From: Candidatus Saccharimonadota bacterium
GTDB taxonomy: Bacteria > Patescibacteriota > Saccharimonadia > Saccharimonadales > SZUA-47
Direction of reading: 5' to 3'
Assembly (NCBI GenBank): GCA_017993025.1
Contig: JAGONL010000001.1
Location: 12,750 to 44,749, forward strand
DNA length: 32,000 nt
The notes under the pieces were generated by a model. It was not told the origin of the DNA, ran no database searches, and saw only the letters and a list, made by a program, of their open reading frames with translations. The position numbers and the translations under genes were made by a program. Of the stretch, positions 27,268-32,000 are shown piece after piece. The first letter of the stretch is position 1. Each line of letters starts with the position of its first letter.

Positions 27268-27506
27268 TGTGGCTGTTTCGGCGCCACACCCCCGACTATC
27301 TTTTCCCAACAGGTGCAAAAGATAGCAAAAGCCCCGCACCCTGTTGAATATACATAACTCATGACAAATACCACCCACTTCTGCGTGGCAAGAACAACAA
27401 GCGTCCAATAAGCAATTTAAAAGTTATATGCTTTTGGATTAGCTTGCCACTTGATTCAGAAGTGGCTGATTGTCATGAATCAGTATTTCAAGGGGTGGTT
27501 TGGCTA
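27268..27506 (+). ncRNA. Candidate structured element, right copy (R)
   Basis: TGTGGC/GCCACA hairpin, CTATCTTTT/AAAAGATAG hairpin with 12-nt loop cccaacaggtgc, GCCCCGCA, rod with TCATGACAA/TTGTCATGA, CCACTTCTG/CAGAAGTGG and GTGGCAAG/CTTGCCAC helices, then the 43-bp repeat. Confidence 0.7.
27464..27506 (+). repeat. 43-bp inverted repeat, right copy
   Basis: ggctgattgtcatgaatcagtatttcaaggggtggtttggcta, exact reverse complement of 24962-25004. Confidence 0.93.
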
Positions 27507-27560
27507 CAATAAATATCTGTAAATGTAGGAAATATCACCAAACAGGTTTAATATTTAATT

Positions 27561-28220
27561 ATGAAAATGTCCGAGAAACCAAAAGACTTACGGCCAAGGG
27601 AAAAGTTGCAGAAAAAGGGCGCTCAGTCTTTATCCGACCTCGAGCTATTACAAGCACTTATTGGTAGTGGAAACAAGCAAGCCGATGTTAGCAAAATTGC
27701 CCAAAGCGTGAAAAAGCTACTTCAAAAACACGGTGCAGACATTTCATACAAGCAACTTACAGAAGTAACTGGCATGGGTGAAGCGAAAACTACGGAAATA
27801 TTAGCTGCCTTTGAATTATCAAAAAGATATTTAATTGACAGCGAGGCGCCAATAATTGACTCACCCGAAAAAGTCGCAGAACAACTATCTGACATCCGAG
27901 ACAAGAAGCAAGAATACTTTGTATGTTTGACTCTGGACGGTGCTAACAGGCTTATCGCAAAACGTGTAATAACAATAGGTACGCTAAACTCTAGCCTTGT
28001 CCACCCGCGTGAAGTCTTTGCAGATGCCATAACCGACCGCGCCGCAAGCATAATAGTCGCCCACAACCACCCCAGCGGCACTTTAAGCCCGTCTGAAGCG
28101 GACCGGAATATTACTGTTAAACTTCATGAATCAGCAAAACTACTTGGAATAAATCTTACGGACCACATAATCATCACAAAAACGGAATACTACAGTTTTA
28201 CAGATGACAACAAGCTGTAA
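27561..28220 (+). CDS. radC: RadC/JAB-domain protein
   Basis: RPREKL, HPREVFADAITDRAASIIVAHNHPSGTLSPSEAD motif. Confidence 0.95.
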   Translation: MKMSEKPKDLRPREKLQKKGAQSLSDLELLQALIGSGNKQADVSKIAQSVKKLLQKHGADISYKQLTEVTGMGEAKTTEILAAFELSKRYLIDSEAPIIDSPEKVAEQLSDIRDKKQEYFVCLTLDGANRLIAKRVITIGTLNSSLVHPREVFADAITDRAASIIVAHNHPSGTLSPSEADRNITVKLHESAKLLGINLTDHIIITKTEYYSFTDDNKL

Positions 28221-28258
28221 TAAGCGTACAATCAAAATAAAGGAGTTGTACTACTATT

Positions 28259-29944
28259 ATGGATAATCCTAAAAATCAGGCTGGCTTAATTTGGAATATT
28301 GCCGATATCCTACGTGGGGGTTGGAAGCAACACGAATATCAAGATGTTATTTTACCGTTAGTTGTGCTTAAGCGTCTAGATAACGTGTTAGCTACAAATA
28401 AACAAAAAGTATTACAAACATACAACCAAATGCATGGCACCATGAGCGACGAGTCATTGGTACACTTTTTGGAAAAAGAAGCTGGCTACAAATTCTACAA
28501 TACGAGTCCGTATGACTTCAAAAAGCTACTGGACGATTCAGAGGGTATTTATGCCAACTTTATCAACTATCTAGACGGTTTCAGCCCTAATGTACGAGAT
28601 ATCGTCACGAAGTTCGAATTTCAAAAGCAATTAAATAAACTCAAAAGCGGCAAGATGCTGCACCTTGTGCTTAAAGAGCTAGACAAAGTAGACCTGCGAA
28701 CTGAGATAGTAAATAACCACGATATGGGCTATATTTTTGAAGAACTTATCCGTAAGTTCAATGAACAATCGAATGAGACTGCCGGTGAACACTACACGCC
28801 GCGCGAAGTTATACGCCTAATGGTCCGTCTGTTACTTGAACCAGATGCGGATCGTATTAAAGGCGAAAGTAAGATCATTGAAATGTATGACCCTGCTTGC
28901 GGTACAGGTGGTATGCTTACGATTGGCAAGGAGTATATTCAGGATAAGATAAACCCAGACGCCGAGGTCTTTCTATATGGCCAAGAGCTAAACCCTCAGA
29001 CGTTTGCAATAGCGAAATCAGACATCCTTATCAAAGGAGAAGATGCCAACCGTATTAAGGGTGGTAGCGGCGAACATGCCGAAGATAGCACTCTTAGTAA
29101 CGACCAGTTCTACGACAAGACATTTGACTATGTTATCGCTAATCCACCTTACGGCGTTGACTGGAAAAAAGATAAAGACGCAGTTGAGGCCGAAGCTGCT
29201 CGTGGAGATGCGGGTCGCTTTCCGGCCGGAACTCCCGCTGTTAGTGATGGTCAAATGCTCTTTTTGCAGCATATGATCAGTAAGATGCGACCAAAACACG
29301 AAGGTGGTGGGCGCGTAGCTGTGGTACATAACGGTTCCCCATTGTTTACTGGTGCGGCAGGGAGTGGTCCAAGTAATATTCGTAAATGGTTGCTTGAAAA
29401 TGATTACCTTGAAGCTATTATCGGTTTACCGACCAACATGTTCTACAACACGGGCATCGCAACATACATCTGGGTCCTGACAAACCGAAAGATTGATGAT
29501 CGTAAGGGCAAAGTACAACTTATAGACGGCAGTGAAATTTTTCATAAGCTACGCAAAAACCTAGGTGACAAGAATAAAGAACTAACACTGGATGATATTG
29601 ACGAAATTTATACGTTATATGAAAACTTTCATCAATCAAAACGAAGCAAGATTTTCAATAATGAGGACTTTGGCTATACGCAAATTACTATAACGTGGGA
29701 TAAAGAAAAAGACACCGAGAATGTACCACTGGGAGAAGACATAAATGAATACTTTAAGCGCGAGGTGCTCCCGCATGTACCGCATTCCAAAATGGATAGA
29801 AAGAAGGACAAGATTGGCTATGAAATACCATTTAATCGCTACTTCTACGACTATAAACCACCGCGTAGTCTCGACGACATCGATGATGACCTCCAGAAAG
29901 TCACCAAAGAAATTCTTGACCTTTTGAATGAGGTAACAGAGTAA
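28259..29944 (+). CDS. hsdM: Type I restriction-modification DNA methyltransferase subunit
   Basis: AGEHYTPREVIRLMV, YDPACGTGGML, VIANPPYGVDWKK motifs; AAGGAG SD. Confidence 0.96.
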   Translation: MDNPKNQAGLIWNIADILRGGWKQHEYQDVILPLVVLKRLDNVLATNKQKVLQTYNQMHGTMSDESLVHFLEKEAGYKFYNTSPYDFKKLLDDSEGIYANFINYLDGFSPNVRDIVTKFEFQKQLNKLKSGKMLHLVLKELDKVDLRTEIVNNHDMGYIFEELIRKFNEQSNETAGEHYTPREVIRLMVRLLLEPDADRIKGESKIIEMYDPACGTGGMLTIGKEYIQDKINPDAEVFLYGQELNPQTFAIAKSDILIKGEDANRIKGGSGEHAEDSTLSNDQFYDKTFDYVIANPPYGVDWKKDKDAVEAEAARGDAGRFPAGTPAVSDGQMLFLQHMISKMRPKHEGGGRVAVVHNGSPLFTGAAGSGPSNIRKWLLENDYLEAIIGLPTNMFYNTGIATYIWVLTNRKIDDRKGKVQLIDGSEIFHKLRKNLGDKNKELTLDDIDEIYTLYENFHQSKRSKIFNNEDFGYTQITITWDKEKDTENVPLGEDINEYFKREVLPHVPHSKMDRKKDKIGYEIPFNRYFYDYKPPRSLDDIDDDLQKVTKEILDLLNEVTE

Positions 29945-31221
29945 TGCAAACATACCAGAAAATGAAAGATTCTGGTGTTGCATGGCTGGGTGACATCCCG
30001 TCAGAATGGGATCAGAAACAAGCCAGATACATCTTCAAGCAAACAAAGGACTCTGTGGGCGAAGATCCGAGTAAATATGAGCTATTGTCACTAACTTTAA
30101 GGGGTATTATCCCAAGAAGTCAGGTCGATGGCGGCAAGAACCCTGAAAACTATAGCGCCTATCAGATAGTTCGTGAAAACGACTTGGTAATGTGCCTTTT
30201 TGATTATGACGTAACACCAAGAACCGTCGGACTAGCTACGTCTACAGGGATGGTCACTGGTGCATATACAAACTTACGGCCACTGAACGGTATATCAACA
30301 CGCTATTTCAATTATTTTTTTCTAGCCCTTGATACAACAAAAGAGCTCCTTCATTTATGTACTGGTCTACGAAACGGGATTTCGAAACAGACGTTTTTTA
30401 GTCTTAACCTGCCAGTCCCAGAGTATGAGACTCAAGAAATTATTGCAGACTATCTTGATGAAGAGACCGCAAAAATTGATGACTTAATTTCCAAGCAAGA
30501 ACATTTACTTAAACTTATCGAAGAAAAAAAGAAAGCAACAATCAATTGGGCAGTCACAAAAGGTATCAACCCGACAGTTGAGCTTGCGTCTTCGGGCGTA
30601 ACATGGATTGGCCAAATGCCTGAACATTGGCAAATCAAACAGATTAAACACATATCGCCAGTCAAGAGAGGTGCTTCACCGAGGCCAATAGAGGACCCTA
30701 AGTATTTCGATAAAAACGGTGAATTTAACTGGGTCCGAATTGCTGATGTGACTCGATCAGGGAAATACTTGTTAAGCACACCTCAAAAATTATCAATTCT
30801 AGGGGCTTCGCTTAGTGTTAAACAATATCCTGGAGACATTTTTGTCAGTATTGCTGCTAGTGTCGGTAAGCCAATGATTACCAAGATTCAATGTTGCATC
30901 CATGATGGTTTTGTATATTTCCCCTATATTGACGAAAAGATGATAGAAAGAGAGTTCTTATACTATATTTTTGATGCCGGACAATGCTATCTGGGGTTAG
31001 GTAAGATGGGAACTCAACTAAACTTGAACACCGAAACAATTGGTTCTATCAAGATTGCAATCCCTCCTCTTGACGAACAGCTTGAAATTGTTGAGTGGAT
31101 TCGAAGCTATGAAAAAGAATATGGAAAGTTGAAGGCTCTTGCCGATAAGCAAGTCGTATTATTGAAAGAGCGTCGAATGAGCCTTGTTTCAAATGCTGTG
31201 ACCGGAAAGGTTAGAGTGTGA
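29944..31221 (+). CDS. hsdS: Type I restriction-modification specificity subunit
   Basis: Two target-recognition-like halves, LPVPEYETQEIIADYLDEETAKIDDLISKQEHLLKLIEEKK and WIGQMPEHW segment; start overlaps hsdM stop. Confidence 0.95.
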   Translation: MQTYQKMKDSGVAWLGDIPSEWDQKQARYIFKQTKDSVGEDPSKYELLSLTLRGIIPRSQVDGGKNPENYSAYQIVRENDLVMCLFDYDVTPRTVGLATSTGMVTGAYTNLRPLNGISTRYFNYFFLALDTTKELLHLCTGLRNGISKQTFFSLNLPVPEYETQEIIADYLDEETAKIDDLISKQEHLLKLIEEKKKATINWAVTKGINPTVELASSGVTWIGQMPEHWQIKQIKHISPVKRGASPRPIEDPKYFDKNGEFNWVRIADVTRSGKYLLSTPQKLSILGASLSVKQYPGDIFVSIAASVGKPMITKIQCCIHDGFVYFPYIDEKMIEREFLYYIFDAGQCYLGLGKMGTQLNLNTETIGSIKIAIPPLDEQLEIVEWIRSYEKEYGKLKALADKQVVLLKERRMSLVSNAVTGKVRV

Positions 31222-32000
31222 AATTTAAGCCTATTGCCAAACGCTACCAATTCGATGATGTGCTGTCTATGACTATTGAGTCTCACTTAAAAGAGCCGAT
31301 TGCTAATTGGATTTATGCAGTGCTAAAAAGAAAGCAAGCTCTTGTAGAACCAGACGGTATATACAGAAATTATCCATATATAACTACTCAGCTCAAGGAG
31401 ATTCTTCATGTAAATTTAAGAGAAGTGTATCCCCAGAAATGGGGTTCCTTCATTGAATTCGTATTGAGCGATAATGAGAGGACGCTGGTAATACTACAGT
31501 GGTGTCTGAATTATTTTGCGCGTAGCGAAGAAGCTAATGATCTTGAGTGGGCCTTGAGTAATGGAGGTTCTGCTTACGCTGTTGAAAAAGTAAACAAGGA
31601 TGCTTCCGAGTATGTTGAAGGTGTCTATGATTTAGTTGAGCGAGTCCCAGAACCAGTGAAAGCAATGGCTAAAGAGGCACTAAGTAACAGCGAACAACTT
31701 TTGGAAGGTTGGCGTGCCTGCTATGGTAAGAATCCAAATTATAAAGAAACAGTGCAGCAATCCCAAAACGTTCTAGAAGAATTACTAAGAGATAACTACC
31801 TGCCGTCAGATAAAAAAGCTCAACTTGGAAAACTCATCAAAGATATAAGAGCCGGCAAGACATTGTCGTACAAAGGCTCGGATGTCGTCAAGCAACCAAA
31901 TACACTTCTTGAATTGATACAGAATATCCCCGAATACCGTGGCATGCATACTGCCGGGACAGGTAAAAACCCTACGAAACAACAAGCTGAATACATACTT
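31218..32000 (+). CDS. Uncharacterised third gene of the type I R-M operon, truncated by window end
   Basis: GTG start in GTGTGA overlapping the hsdS stop; 261 open codons to the window edge (MKFKPIAKRYQFDDVLSMTIESHLKEPIANWIYAVLKRKQ...); absent from the ORF track. Confidence 0.85.
   Translation, partial: MKFKPIAKRYQFDDVLSMTIESHLKEPIANWIYAVLKRKQALVEPDGIYRNYPYITTQLKEILHVNLREVYPQKWGSFIEFVLSDNERTLVILQWCLNYFARSEEANDLEWALSNGGSAYAVEKVNKDASEYVEGVYDLVERVPEPVKAMAKEALSNSEQLLEGWRACYGKNPNYKETVQQSQNVLEELLRDNYLPSDKKAQLGKLIKDIRAGKTLSYKGSDVVKQPNTLLELIQNIPEYRGMHTAGTGKNPTKQQAEYIL

Noticed and set aside
27187-27408. 73-aa minus-strand ORF
   Set aside because: Lies across the fic downstream hairpin and the structured right element; composition and position suggest chance
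24962-27506. Retron ncRNA pair or integron attC sites
   Set aside because: No reverse transcriptase or integron integrase in the window, the two elements are inverted rather than cassette-like, and the expected attC core geometry is not evident
1-32000. CRISPR array or cas genes
   Set aside because: No regularly spaced 24-40 bp repeats and no Cas-like motifs were seen; repeats at 24962-25120 are irregular tails of one structured element

Overview
This AT-rich window looks like a Patescibacteria/Saccharibacteria (TM7)-type chromosome; that assignment is inferred from protein style and gene content. The left part holds housekeeping genes (tRNA-Gln, queA, msrA, guaC, a UvrD-like helicase-nuclease, cdsA, plsY) interleaved with uncharacterised, locally duplicated genes. 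Examples are a two-gene A-B-A'-B' tandem cassette at 10.55-13.25 kb and a paralog pair at 6.3-8.6 kb. A large exported C-type-lectin/GLUG-like surface protein sits directly upstream of a sortase. The right part (23.6-32 kb) resembles a defence/mobile island: zeta-toxin-like kinase plus a 49-aa ORF missed by the track, a Pro/Glu-rich winged-helix protein, a Fic protein, RadC, and type I R-M hsdM-hsdS plus an uncharacterised overlapping third ORF running off the window. The most interesting signal is non-coding. Two related structured elements at 24962-25320 (minus) and 27268-27506 (plus) point outward around a 2.5-kb segment. They share an exact 43-bp terminal inverted repeat, compensatory base changes in two short hairpins, a possible loop pseudoknot, long rod-like helices with different sequences, and a conserved MNQYFKGWFGY micro-ORF. 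Both end about 55 nt before a downstream ATG. I also find repeated leaderless promoter geometry (TTGNNN-17-TATAAT-like-6 to 9-ATG), a truncated queA 5' copy bounding a small islet, and iteron/operator-like sites at the zeta and Fic promoters. All alignments and folds were done by eye.
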